Origin: a virus
Length of the DNA: 64,000 bases
Virus record (IMG/VR): IMGVR_UViG_3300036766_000837
Coordinates: 32,001 to 96,000 of that record
Reading direction: 5' to 3' (one strand)
In this document: positions 29,401 through 39,500 of the stretch, piece by piece
Layout: every line of letters starts with the position of its first letter
How positions within the stretch are numbered: position 1 is the first letter of the stretch
The notes under the pieces: generated by a model
Databases searched by the model: none
Told to the model about the DNA's origin: nothing
The model's input: only the letters and a program-made list of their open reading frames with translations
Made by a program: the position numbers and the translations under genes

Positions 29401-32400
29401 ATCACTGTTGCTAACATCAACCAAGGACTAACTGCTGTAACCAATTTCGATGAGGAGGCAAGAGCTACATTCGCGGTAGTATTCGCTATGGCTGCTCCTG
29501 TTGCCGCTCTTTCCATAACTACAACACTCCCTGTAGCAAGTGCTTGTCGTGTAGCAGCCTCCGCAGTCAAATTTTTAGACACCGCACTAGCTCTCTCTGC
29601 AAGAACACTTGCAAGAGTGGCTGTAGTATCACCACCCTTTACCGCCTTAGCTAAAGCAGCAACAACGGTAAATGCTTTAATTGCACTTCCTGTAGCAACA
29701 TATGCCGTTCCTAATGCCTTCATCATCATGGTTATTTCTTGAATAATCTTAAGCCCCTTAGCAATAACAATAAGGGCCACTAATGAGGCAGTAATTGTTC
29801 CGGCAGCATCAGCATCCTTCAAAAATGCTTTCCCATTTAAAGTTAATAAATCTATGAGGAGTCTAATCCCTTTTGATGCCGCACTAACAACATTTCTTAA
29901 AACGGGACCAATCATGCGAAGAAGTCCTGACACGGCCTTAGACATTCCCAATACTGCTCTTCCCACCAATGAACCTAACTTTCTAAAGGCATCTCCGGTA
30001 CTAACTATACTTTTATCTCCCTGACTAAATACACTTACAATATTTCTAACCAAATCGGCTACCGCGCTTTGTATTATCTCTATCGCTTGTGTAACGTAGG
30101 GAGCCATACCTTGCCAGATAGCATTCCAATTCTTTCCTATCGCTAATAACGCTAATCCAACGGCCGCTATTACAGGAAGGAGACTCTTGAATTGCAATAT
30201 ATATTTAGAAAATCCTTCCGCCTGTGTTGATTTGCTTATCGCCGTAATCGTTCCTGGACCTTGAAGGAATTGAAATGCTTTCGTTGCCGCAGTTTTAACT
30301 TTATCCCAAGCAGTGTTCATTCCCGCTGCAATATTTGTTCCAATAGTAGTAAATAAACCCTTATTTTGTGCTACCTCTTTTGCCCCGATTGCCATTCCAC
30401 CTTCAAGCGCTACAACCTCGGCAGCAGCAACGGAGGTTGCTGATGGTATTGTGGCGGCGGCAATGATGGCAGCCTTTGCCGCTGCTTGAGTGGCAAAGGT
30501 TCCTTCTATTCCGGCAGCGGTCCATCCCGCCGCATATCTTCCAGCGGCAGTACGTGTTTGAACTGCCACCGCTTGTGCCGCTTGACTCTTGAATGCTTCC
30601 GTCGCCCCTAAAGTCATAACTGCCTGATATCGTAATTGTGCTGCCTGGAAAGCCTCTAAAGTTCCTGTTGCTCCGCCTTGGGCAGTAGCAAGAGTCCCAA
30701 ACGCTCCGGCTTGAGCGGCAATGGCTTCCGTCATAGCATTTGTAGCGAGCATCGCTTCGCCCGCAGTTGCCGCAACACTTTGGTTCATTGCTGGCAATCC
30801 GGCAAGAACCATCAATTTGGGATTCTTGGTGGCACGAGCCAACGCAACTAATCCGAATGGGTCTTCCCGACTTACAATATCTCCAACAACAAGATGTGCC
30901 AAACCAGGAACAATTTTTAGTAAACTACCTTCGATTAGATGTAACTGACCATATAGATATGTTAAGGGGCCAATTGCTGCCGCTATTCCGGCAATAGCCA
31001 AGATAGCTTTCTTTGCAGAATCGCTCATGTTATTAAAACCATCAACAATCTTAATAATCCAATTAAAGGCTTGTTGGATATATGGAACCATTATTTTTCC
31101 AAGAGATGCGGCAGCATTTTCAAGACTAACTTTCAATCTATCCCAATTTTTTGCCGCACTATTGAGTACGATACTTAACTGTTCTTCGAATACGGCATGA
31201 GCCCTTGCCGCATCATTAGAAACGGCCATGGCCTTGTTGTAGTCAGATGTACTATCATTCATTGCGTCAAATAACTTGGTCATACGGTCAACCTGACGAA
31301 CACCAAACACATCTGTTAAGAGTCGGGCTGCGGCTCCCGCCTTCATGCCTGGAGTTTTTTCAATTACTTGAAGTAGTGAGGCAAACTCTTCAAGGGCCGG
31401 AATTCCTTTGGCGGCACCCGAAGCCGTATACATCAAATCCCGAAGAGATGTGGTAGAAAATTCCATCTGTTGAGCCATAGCGGCAAATGTCTCCGCAGCC
31501 TTATCTGTAGGAGCGGCAAGACGAAGAAGGCCGAACTTCAATGCATTAGCCGCCTGATTAGCTTGAACACCCTTCTGACGCATACCAGTTAACATCGCGG
31601 CGACCTCAGCAACATTAATTCCAAGAAGTTTTGCGGAAGAAGATACAACGGGAATAGTTATACCCAACTCTTCATATGTTATCGCGGTTTCTGACTGGAT
31701 TAATTGTAATTTCTCAAGTTCGCTAGTAGTTTGTTCTATGGTTAGGTTATAGGTTGACATTACCGAACGGATAAGTTCATAAGAACTTGCCAGGTCAAGG
31801 TCTCCCTGAGTAACCGCCGCAAGTTGCGTTGTAAGGGTTGTTAACTGTAGGTTAAGTTTTTCTTCTACAAATCCTGCGGCAGCCCACAGTGAAGCAACCT
31901 GTACGATATCTGCCTGATGGATTGCCATTTGTTCGGATAGTGCCTCAAATGCCGGACCTAATGTACTATCCATCATTTGGGCGAATTCAGAAACACTTAC
32001 TCCGGCTTGAGCCATATATTTCTGCAATTCTGTTGTTTGCCTGTTTAGTTCAAGAGTAAGATTGGTTATTACTGCTGCAATGCCAAGAAGAGGAAGGGTA
32101 ATACCAACCATCATCTGACGACCAACCCACTGCGCTTGCTTACCAGTGTTTATCAGTTGATTGGACATACCATGGAGTTTTGAAATCCAAAGGTCACCCA
32201 TAATCCTAAATTTCGCGCCAGGAACCGTAGCAAGACTTACCAAACTACCTTTAGTGGCATCAGAGACAACTTGAACATCTCGTAGTTCACTACTCATGGA
32301 GGCGGCTAATTGTGCAGAAGCCGCCCCACTCTTAGACATAGATGCCAATACGGCCTTCGAGTTACCAGAGAATACCTGGCCAAATGTATTTTGTCCTTGA

Positions 32401-32627
32401 GCTAATCTAACAAAAGAAGCGGCGGCTGTATCTCCCATCCCCGCCATAGTCTTCAATGCCGCAATTTGTGCTGGTCCACCAAGATACTTACCAGTTGTTA
32501 TTGCGCTAGATGCATTGATTGCTGCAAGTTCTCCATAGGCGCGGGAAACAGATTCAATAGATTTCTTGGTTTCCGCCGCCCCTTCGGACATGAATTTTAT
32601 AAGTATTGATGCTATATTCTCACTCAA
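26439..32627 (-). CDS. Tape measure protein (TP901-type) with C-terminal Zn-peptidase domain
   Basis: 2062 aa, Ala-rich helical, G-x2-A-x2-AA-x-ALK, TM segments, coiled coils; follows the chaperone pair; SQHSYGNAVD...HVH near the C-terminus. Confidence 0.9.
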   Translation of the reverse strand: MSENIASILIKFMSEGAAETKKSIESVSRAYGELAAINASSAITTGKYLGGPAQIAALKTMAGMGDTAAASFVRLAQGQNTFGQVFSGNSKAVLASMSKSGAASAQLAASMSSELRDVQVVSDATKGSLVSLATVPGAKFRIMGDLWISKLHGMSNQLINTGKQAQWVGRQMMVGITLPLLGIAAVITNLTLELNRQTTELQKYMAQAGVSVSEFAQMMDSTLGPAFEALSEQMAIHQADIVQVASLWAAAGFVEEKLNLQLTTLTTQLAAVTQGDLDLASSYELIRSVMSTYNLTIEQTTSELEKLQLIQSETAITYEELGITIPVVSSSAKLLGINVAEVAAMLTGMRQKGVQANQAANALKFGLLRLAAPTDKAAETFAAMAQQMEFSTTSLRDLMYTASGAAKGIPALEEFASLLQVIEKTPGMKAGAAARLLTDVFGVRQVDRMTKLFDAMNDSTSDYNKAMAVSNDAARAHAVFEEQLSIVLNSAAKNWDRLKVSLENAAASLGKIMVPYIQQAFNWIIKIVDGFNNMSDSAKKAILAIAGIAAAIGPLTYLYGQLHLIEGSLLKIVPGLAHLVVGDIVSREDPFGLVALARATKNPKLMVLAGLPAMNQSVAATAGEAMLATNAMTEAIAAQAGAFGTLATAQGGATGTLEAFQAAQLRYQAVMTLGATEAFKSQAAQAVAVQTRTAAGRYAAGWTAAGIEGTFATQAAAKAAIIAAATIPSATSVAAAEVVALEGGMAIGAKEVAQNKGLFTTIGTNIAAGMNTAWDKVKTAATKAFQFLQGPGTITAISKSTQAEGFSKYILQFKSLLPVIAAVGLALLAIGKNWNAIWQGMAPYVTQAIEIIQSAVADLVRNIVSVFSQGDKSIVSTGDAFRKLGSLVGRAVLGMSKAVSGLLRMIGPVLRNVVSAASKGIRLLIDLLTLNGKAFLKDADAAGTITASLVALIVIAKGLKIIQEITMMMKALGTAYVATGSAIKAFTVVAALAKAVKGGDTTATLASVLAERASAVSKNLTAEAATRQALATGSVVVMERAATGAAIANTTANVALASSSKLVTAVSPWLMLATVIGTVIMAFSTFGRHVDEIAEAVSNHVQAISDAFQELAKTITEKADIEEFEQSWTSALSAVGEQLKEIAGVAEVKGPAGPLDLPGVEFAKNIEDVEKWSRLMGQLTDIPIGDFVGNINDKARMALANFVGITEEVQNITDYGTNMNQVFNDFMNSVENGDSLMLAIDSEAKDLLKVLSTADIDQLNMGISDIKDNLALTQASIGPHLVKMFQAMAVGNEKMVQEEYKSVQYTKELVLFYQRLLSLIERSGILFDAEADSFNAQAADFATLAGEVDTDAFKKKGTEEGQAYWDALESELGSLASNVSNVVLEAFDKNAEATLAAFDKSSEARLEAFTATEEKRLGVYDAQIAKIEDVNEREDWLQQQREYRQQREQLIQQGELNSAIAYRERIKAIAEGRYDDAAILEMQAKADYKDNQQSIRDLDQQHTQTLADRRRQKRIDELNKEKDALQEMLDAQRDALQESLDAQKEAMQESIDQERTLLQNRLDEVLKFTPRNKKEWEKQYKDILALGDTYGIQINDVAAIFMADYGRTIQEGFRQARVWAEQAAIRDATAIGASTAEAMRGELANASTPADRKFFTLLSEYASAQAKYAGLHEPMPKALMLSFIQQISAALAGVSKTAIKYAGTAGYGPKAHTGGLIEGSHEEVPIMAQPGEYVFSKKTVKKFGARALERLSKFHIGGMVGGTGYVGGIPNSVVSGEQLYNLAMVPMATLGTAYQLLAPIIGDMTRGMVGTAAKMMGQWALNSLIEQAGTAYAAGMGRGYPAGGPGAPGKIETPYGLITKSLWAFVQQIKNLFPNTSMGGFNYVKYIAGTNIFSQHSYGNAVDLGMSNSEKIRSAIWNWALKNVAPLHMGHLIYKTSIWSDENPTIHAYTGVPHTTHVHADFMPQYGGTPPGYPIGMHGGGVVKFNTPALLHAGETVVPANISKALSKAAGNNSTVNINVDIGHFFGNDESYRQLYSTLEKVGNKISKERGANNMVVKVGNS

Positions 32628-32630
32628 GCC

Positions 32631-32942
32631 TTATAGTTCTCCCGATTGCTGGTAGTCAAATAACACCTGCCCTTCAGCCATGATTGGACCGGTAGCTACC
32701 ACAGTCTCATCTTTCTGGTCGGGAACACTTGCGCCAAGTGCAGAAGCAACGGTCTTAAGCATTCTAGATTGTCGTTCGGTCGCCATTTCATATAATATAA
32801 ACAACTCATCTAGAGTAAGATTTTCCTCTAAATTATCAAAACTATTCCATGCTCCCGATTCACACATCACCTCAGCCTCTACATCATCTAAGGGGAGATC
32901 GTCAAATGTTAGGGCGTCCCCCTCGCCCTTTAAGCGTTTGGG
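32631..32942 (-). CDS. Tail assembly chaperone, -1 frameshift extension (gpGT-like)
   Basis: The -1 frame from CCCAAAC reads PKRLKGEGDALTFDDLPLDDVEAEVMCESGAW... and stays open to 32631. Confidence 0.8.
   Translation of the reverse strand, partial: PKRLKGEGDALTFDDLPLDDVEAEVMCESGAWNSFDNLEENLTLDELFILYEMATERQSRMLKTVASALGASVPDQKDETVVATGPIMAEGQVLFDYQQSGEL
32891..32942 (-). promoter_or_regulatory. Programmed -1 frameshift signal: slippery C CCA AAC plus predicted H-type pseudoknot
   Basis: Heptamer 32942-32936 in correct phase, 6-nt spacer, stem AGGGCG/CGCCCT whose loop AGGGGGA can pair with downstream UCCCCU. Confidence 0.75.
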
Positions 32943-33250
32943 TTTTCTTCAAGACGATTGCCCATAGCTACACTGAACAGTTTCCAGAAGATTTCAACAT
33001 CAATAGCGTCTTCCAGAGCATCTCGATTTTCCGCAAGCTTAGTGTCGATACCTTTCATAACAATAGCAGCAGCATCCATCATAAGATCGATATCTTTATC
33101 CGTTAATTTCTCGCGCTCTCCAACTAGAAGTTTGTCCGAAATCTTAACGAATTGTCTAAGTTGCTTGATTGTGAGAGGTTTCACCGTTCGAGTTACACCA
33201 TCAGCAAATTCCATCTCGACAGCAATCCTAGCCGATTTCTTGTCTACCAT
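32930..33250 (-). CDS. Tail assembly chaperone (gpG-like)
   Basis: Between tail tube and TMP; AAAGGAG SD before ATG 33250; KPLTIKQLRQF. Confidence 0.8.
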   Translation of the reverse strand: MVDKKSARIAVEMEFADGVTRTVKPLTIKQLRQFVKISDKLLVGEREKLTDKDIDLMMDAAAIVMKGIDTKLAENRDALEDAIDVEIFWKLFSVAMGNRLEENPNA

Positions 33251-33399
33251 GTCATCTCCTTTCAAAGATATTATGAAGATTTTTTCTATAAAAAGCAATT
33301 GTTGAAGCTAACTTATTTTACCATATCTGTAAAATATATTAAAATGCAGTCCATGTCTCATCCTCATACATTTCCATGTTTTTAATTATAATATAAAAA

Positions 33400-33424
33400 C
33401 AGACCCCCCAACTTGGGGGGCCTG
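33400..33424 (-). terminator. Intrinsic terminator after major tail gene
   Basis: CAGGCCCCCCA-AGT-TGGGGGGTCTG followed by TTTTT on the minus strand. Confidence 0.75.
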
Positions 33425-33451
33425 CTAATTTTTTTCTAGTTTGTCTTCATA

Positions 33452-34033
33452 TTACAACTCGTCCTCTATAAAACCGTATTGAGCAACCGAGTAGTTCGGG
33501 TCGGCTAGGATTCGAAATGCTACGGGGAACATGGTTGCTTCAGCACGTTTTAGTGCATGAGAAGAAGTATCAACCGCTACAATTCTACGGCAGAAATACT
33601 TCCTTCTCTTCAAAGCACTTGCAGTAGAATTAGGACTCCTTCCAAATACGACCAATTGCCTTTCAACTGGTTCATCTTCGGGAACCGTAATATTCAGTGT
33701 CGCTGTTCCGGCATTTGTAGAGTAGGCGCTATCAGGCAAACCCCAAACCATCTTCAGATTTGTTAATGTAGCTTCTGCCAAGTTCGTTCTCACGGTAACC
33801 CTGAAACCGTTCTGATAAATAATCGCGGCATCCTTAAGTTGGTCAACCACGATATCTGTATAGTCAGGCTCATACGCTACCTCAACGCCGTCCATAGTGG
33901 CCCCAAGATGGGAACCATTGGTATCAAGTGTGGTCTGCGGAAGCGTATTAAATGTAGCCCAATAAGTGTCACCAGGACTGGCGACATATAGGTTACCAGC
34001 ACCCACAATTATATTTTCAATGTTGATGGTCAA
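33452..34033 (-). CDS. Major tail tube protein
   Basis: NIIVGAG-x-LY, LGATMDGV, VDQL, LAEATL-x-NL, FPV-x-F; AGGAGGTGA SD plus TTG. Confidence 0.8.
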   Translation of the reverse strand: MTINIENIIVGAGNLYVASPGDTYWATFNTLPQTTLDTNGSHLGATMDGVEVAYEPDYTDIVVDQLKDAAIIYQNGFRVTVRTNLAEATLTNLKMVWGLPDSAYSTNAGTATLNITVPEDEPVERQLVVFGRSPNSTASALKRRKYFCRRIVAVDTSSHALKRAEATMFPVAFRILADPNYSVAQYGFIEDEL

Positions 34034-34111
34034 ATCTAGTTTTCACCTCCTAAATTCAAGAGGGGCTACCTCTCGTTATCATAGTTTCAAAGAATCGTTT
34101 ATATTGCAAAT

Positions 34112-34612
34112 CTATATCAAAACCGTGTCTATCAATGTAATCTCCCTATTTCGCGTATAGGCCCCCCATAGATTGTCTCTATCTGAAAATGTGTAAATGA
34201 CCCCACAAGAGACCATCTGCTCCCATACCCCCAAATCTTGGGATGGCAAAACAGGATAACCAGATGAATAAAAAATAAGGTCCATAACCTTAACCGTTCC
34301 AGTAGAATCTGTGACCGGCAGGTTGGGGTTAGAATCATCTGCATCGACAAGATAGATGATCCTTTCAACTATTTTGGTGAGATTATCTATATTGGTATCT
34401 CCCGCCCAATATTGGATAACATCCCTTCTAATCCTCATATTATTGGGTTGTATAACTGGGACCGATAAGTATCTGATATATGGGTATGACTTTCCACCAA
34501 TCGGTTCCCCGGCAACCCCCGGAAATATATTCGGAGAGGTTCCCCCAAATAATCTTTTGATTACTATATCATTTTTTATCAAATCATTTACTAATATGGT
34601 AGCTGTCTTCAT
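34112..34612 (-). CDS. Tail terminator-like protein
   Basis: Position; IFP...YPYI-x-Y motif. Confidence 0.6.
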   Translation of the reverse strand: MKTATILVNDLIKNDIVIKRLFGGTSPNIFPGVAGEPIGGKSYPYIRYLSVPVIQPNNMRIRRDVIQYWAGDTNIDNLTKIVERIIYLVDADDSNPNLPVTDSTGTVKVMDLIFYSSGYPVLPSQDLGVWEQMVSCGVIYTFSDRDNLWGAYTRNREITLIDTVLI

Positions 34613-35238
34613 CTATTGAAGATTCCTCCCCCGGCTATAAACTGTCCCCCTCCAAAGAATCTCAGGCTCGATGGGTCATATACTCCACCTGCGGGAGCGC
34701 GATACCTTCCGCCAGAAATCCTCTCTTCAACCGTAACCCCATGAGCCTCCCAATAATTATGAACAGATTCTATAACCGTATTTACCATTTCTGATTGTGT
34801 TACCTCTGCTATCCCAGGAGCTATAGTATTAATAAGATTTTCAGCATAGTTCATTATCGATGGGCGTCCTGCTGTTGTTACTCCTTTAACGTAGATTCCT
34901 TGCTCCCCTTGCTTACCCAACTGCATTGGTCTTGTAGTCGGCCCTAACTTTTCACTTGGGAGGAATGTCGCCACTCCCATTTTCGGCAAAGCAAAAGTAG
35001 CGGCTTCTGCTGTTCCATGCATCACCGTAACAAGATATGCACTTTCTGATACAGGAGAAGTACCGACACGTATCTTTCCCTTTATCTCTTCGGGGATGCT
35101 CATCATAAAAGCGGAAGTGGCGAAGGCAGCGGCTTTAGCTAATGCCAAAGTAGCCAATCCCTCGGTTGCATCTATATTGGCTACTAAATCTTTTATCACA
35201 TCGTCTTTTATAAGAACGTTTGCCGATTTAAATACCAT
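34609..35238 (-). CDS. Neck/tail completion protein (putative)
   Basis: Position between head closure and tail terminator. Confidence 0.45.
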   Translation of the reverse strand: MVFKSANVLIKDDVIKDLVANIDATEGLATLALAKAAAFATSAFMMSIPEEIKGKIRVGTSPVSESAYLVTVMHGTAEAATFALPKMGVATFLPSEKLGPTTRPMQLGKQGEQGIYVKGVTTAGRPSIMNYAENLINTIAPGIAEVTQSEMVNTVIESVHNYWEAHGVTVEERISGGRYRAPAGGVYDPSSLRFFGGGQFIAGGGIFNR

Positions 35239-35247
35239 TCCTTCTCC

Positions 35248-35592
35248 CTAGTCCAGAATTTTTTGGCAATTTAAGGTTACATGCGTTACTGTTGCCCAAC
35301 CCCTTTGCGACCTTATACCAATTATGTTAAATTCTCCATCATCTACAAATTTTCCATATCTATCTTTTATATTTCTTATCTGGTCACTATTATTTATATC
35401 AGTATCGTTCGTAAAAATCAGATAGGAAGTGGGATTTTGAATCCTTCCAACCAATCTTTCCTCGGCTCTGGAAGGCATATAATCGCATTTTATTGTACGG
35501 TCATATTTCCACTCCGAACTTTCCTGTCCAGAATCATTATAATATATTTCTTTTTCCCAAATTTCGGCCTTAAATGGTAAGTGTGCCCACAT
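35248..35592 (-). CDS. Head closure (stopper) protein
   Basis: Size, position, beta-rich, D-S-G-Q...W motif. Confidence 0.6.
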   Translation of the reverse strand: MWAHLPFKAEIWEKEIYYNDSGQESSEWKYDRTIKCDYMPSRAEERLVGRIQNPTSYLIFTNDTDINNSDQIRNIKDRYGKFVDDGEFNIIGIRSQRGWATVTHVTLNCQKILD

Positions 35593-36489
35593 TTAAATCA
35601 GCCTGACCTTATAATTTATAGAGTTAGACAAAAGAACATCAACATCGTAGTTTCCGGTAGTACCCAATAGGTCTTGACTAAACGTTAAGGTTCTGTCCCC
35701 CATACTTGCAACAATAACTCCATGCTGATGAAGCATATAGTCATCATTGAAGTAATCCGATATAAGTAATCGAGCACTTTCAGAAACCTCTTCTGGAACA
35801 TATTGCCATCCCCAATTTCCCAATATATGATATTCAACACTCGACGGGAAATAGGCACTCGCTTCTATAATCCCCCTCTTGATATCCGAGAAATATCTTG
35901 AAAAGGCATTTTGTGGGCGAATCCAATAATCATCGAATATCTCCACCTCAGTTGTGATATCATCTGTTCCATCAATCTTAACTGAGGTAAGTAGATATAT
36001 CCTCTCATCCAAGAACAAGGTATCCTTATTTTGTCCTCTGATGATTTTAGTTACATTCTCTTGGAATGAGAATGTATCGTTACAGACCGAATTTATTATC
36101 TTCCTTGCCATTCGCTCCTTACGATAGATTTCCTCATTTGATTTATCCTCCAACTCAAGAAACGTGTCTTTTACCTCTTGAGCAGTGGTATATGGAACAA
36201 CGACATCATAGTATTCTATCTTAGTATTAACGACACCATCTACCGTATATAGCCAAACAGACTTATATTTGCCAACCTTAGAATTAAGTAGGGTGGTGAG
36301 AATATATTCATATATCCCCGCCCCCACATGGTCCGCCAATTGGCCTGTTACTACTGCCGAATTGTCTACAAGATAGGTAATCGTAACGAACACCTGATGA
36401 ACATTATTCACCACGTCAGCATTCTGTAGCCTTCCATTTACATATATAGATAATGTTACGGAATCGCTTGTTTGATATAGGTGTTCCAT
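35593..36489 (-). CDS. Head-tail adaptor with N-terminal Ig-like domain
   Basis: G-x-YEY, PYTT..., GNWGW-x2-VP-x2-V-x2-A, TGN-x2-VD-x-LL. Confidence 0.7.
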   Translation of the reverse strand: MEHLYQTSDSVTLSIYVNGRLQNADVVNNVHQVFVTITYLVDNSAVVTGQLADHVGAGIYEYILTTLLNSKVGKYKSVWLYTVDGVVNTKIEYYDVVVPYTTAQEVKDTFLELEDKSNEEIYRKERMARKIINSVCNDTFSFQENVTKIIRGQNKDTLFLDERIYLLTSVKIDGTDDITTEVEIFDDYWIRPQNAFSRYFSDIKRGIIEASAYFPSSVEYHILGNWGWQYVPEEVSESARLLISDYFNDDYMLHQHGVIVASMGDRTLTFSQDLLGTTGNYDVDVLLSNSINYKVRLI

Positions 36490-36562
36490 TTTAGATCACC
36501 TCCTTGTAATATTTGTTGTAATCTCACCTTAGATTCTACCTCCTATCTGATTTTTTCTCCAA

Positions 36563-39500
36563 TTAGAATGAGATATTCTTATCTCCACCCCCAGATTCAC
36601 CGTCGATACTTCGACGCCTTTCAAGAGTTTCGGAAGTTAGAGATGTTTCTGTACCCCCCTCAGGGTCTATATTTGCCCGTCTTTCAAGAGCCTCAGACGA
36701 CATTTCCATATGACCGCTAGGCTCAGGGCCAATCTTATGTACCTTTCTCTTCAGAGATGTGTACACACCATGAGAAACTCTTCCTCTCCTTACTATGTAC
36801 GCATCTACACCTGAATGCATTAAGTTCCCGGTTATAATTATTCCAGCCTCAACCGCTGAAGAAATCCTTATGATTGCAATAGTTGAGACAACCAGGCGAG
36901 TATTTACCGTCTCTTGGGCGACAATTCCACAAACTATATCTGTATCCGCAAAAGACGTTCTAGATATAGAAGACCTAATCGAAGATTCTATAGAAATAGA
37001 CTTAACTATTAGAGCCTCTATCTGAGTAGTAGTGACCCCCTGTTCCTCCACCCGAGAATCTACAGAAGTCTCCAAAGAATATCTATTTAATATTAGAGAC
37101 CTTACGATATTATTAATCGTGATAGTCTTTGTTATTAAACTAGATATGCTTGTAGATATCTTCTGAATCTTTTCAATTCCAGCAGTTATTTTCGTCTCTA
37201 TTCTCGACTGAAGAGACAGTAGTGACTCTATATATGTTACATAGGTTTTCGGCGTATAGATTACAAAATCAACTGCCTGACTAACCCTTGATAGCCTTAA
37301 GATAGAAGAATCTATATTTGTGGCAATTCTAATTGTCTTCTGTATACAAGAATCTATCTGTTGTGATACTCCATATTGATGAGAAATCAAAGACTCTATT
37401 TGAGAGGACCGGCCAATTTCTTTTCTTTGGATAGCATCGATAGATGAAATTATAGTGCGCGATTTTTGCACTAATACTGTTATTTCAGACGATAACCTTC
37501 TGGCGGGAAGAACCAAGGAATCTATACTAGATTCCACACAAATCGTCTTTGATATATCAGAATCGACATAATTTTCTACTAGTCGCCTAGTTACGATATA
37601 GGAATCAATAGCGGCAAAGATTTCAGATGTTTCTATAATTGAGGTGTCTACCAGATGAACCCTTATATTTTCTATAAAGGCTACAGTATCGATAAAATGA
37701 CTGATTGCCGAAGTTGTTTGTCTCAAAAAATCAATAGAGGTGTTAACATCAAAAATCTTTACTACCAGAGATTCTTCCGCACTTTCAACAGAATATATAT
37801 GCTGGATTAGAGCATCAAGATTAGAAATTATAGTATTGGATTTCTCAAGTAATACCGCCGTGCCATGAGATTGAGTTTCGGTTGCAATCAATAGGCTATC
37901 TATAGAAACGGCAAGAGTTTCTACCTTAAGTTTTAATGTCTCTATGGTAGTCCAAGAAGAACTAGAAAATTCTATTAGAGACCCTAGACTCGTCTGTTGT
38001 TGCAGTATTTGGAGTATATCAGCATCAATCGAAGAAATTATAGTGCGCGATTTTTGTATTAATGCCTCCACCACAAATGCAACTGTTTGCGTTGAAAGTA
38101 TCAGAGAATCGGCATAAGATTCTTGACCATTAGTTTTCTCCACCAAAGAATCGATATCAGATTGCCAGATTCCTCTGATAACTATATCGGTATCGATAGA
38201 TGTTTCTTCTTGGGAAGTAGAAATTATAGATGCATCAATTTGAGAAGTTACAACCGTTCCAATAAATACCACAACATCAACGGAATGTGATATGGCGGAA
38301 CTAGTAAGAGTTAGAGCATCAATCTCTGAGGAGGAGATTTCCCCTCTCTGAATGAGAGAACCAATTAAGCTGGCTACTGTTGCAAAACGCAATATCAGGG
38401 CCTCTATATCATGGTTAGTAGAGAACCCTTGCTCGATAAGAGCATCCGCATTACTTTCTACAACAATCGACGCCTTAGATATCACAGTGTCTATCAAATT
38501 AACCACGAAGGCAGTTCTTAGTATCGAAGTATCAACACTACCACTGGTTATATATGTATGTTTGATAAGGGCGTCTATAGATTCATAAGTCTGGAATGTC
38601 GAACCTATCAGGCTCTCTATCTCTGTAGATTTTATTGTGAAAGAAAGTATGAGAGATTCTATTGTCGAATTTGGCCTCTCCGTCTTAGATATCAGAACCT
38701 CAAGGTCATGAGAAACTGTCGGAGTAATTAGAATCCCGACATCAATACCCGAAGACACTTCACCCCGAACGACTATCTTTGTATCAGCGTTCGAACTTTC
38801 CCGAGATGTCTTTTCTATTAACGCCTTAAGAGATACCGCAACATACCCGGCCTTATCGAGAGAAGAACTAACAGCATGACTTATAGCATTTGTAGTTCTA
38901 AGGAGAGACCCAATCTCAAAGTTTATGGTAGAGAGTTTAAGTATCGAGGCCGATACATCAATTGTCTTCGTATATAGTTTTTGAATCAGAGAGTCTATAA
39001 TGTTTTCTATCTGATACAAGTGTTGGACTAGAGTTTCTATCTCTGTATAGATACCTGTAGTCTTTTTGTTCAAAGACTCTGTACCGCTGTATACCCATGC
39101 CGACTTTTCAACCAAAGACTCCAGAATATTTTGAGTCTTGTTCGTTAACAGTATGAGAGAGTCAATAGACGATACCGCAACAAAGGTTGACCGTATCAGA
39201 GATTGTATGGTCGAGGATACAGACAGCCTCATAGAAATACGAGAATCTATTAAACTGTATCTTGATATCGAAAAAAGAATCAGAGAATCGATTGCTGTCG
39301 TTTTCTCTCCCTGTTTTTGTTGGAGAGCGTCTACAACGCTTTCTATCCGAGATACCTTCCTTATCAGAACGTCAATCGCAGTAGAGGCAATACTTGTTCT
39401 CCACACCAAAGAATCTATAGTGGTTAACAGAAGAATCCAATTTACCAGATATCCCTCAATGGAATGGAAAATTCTACCCGTTATTTGTATTACTGCCTCT

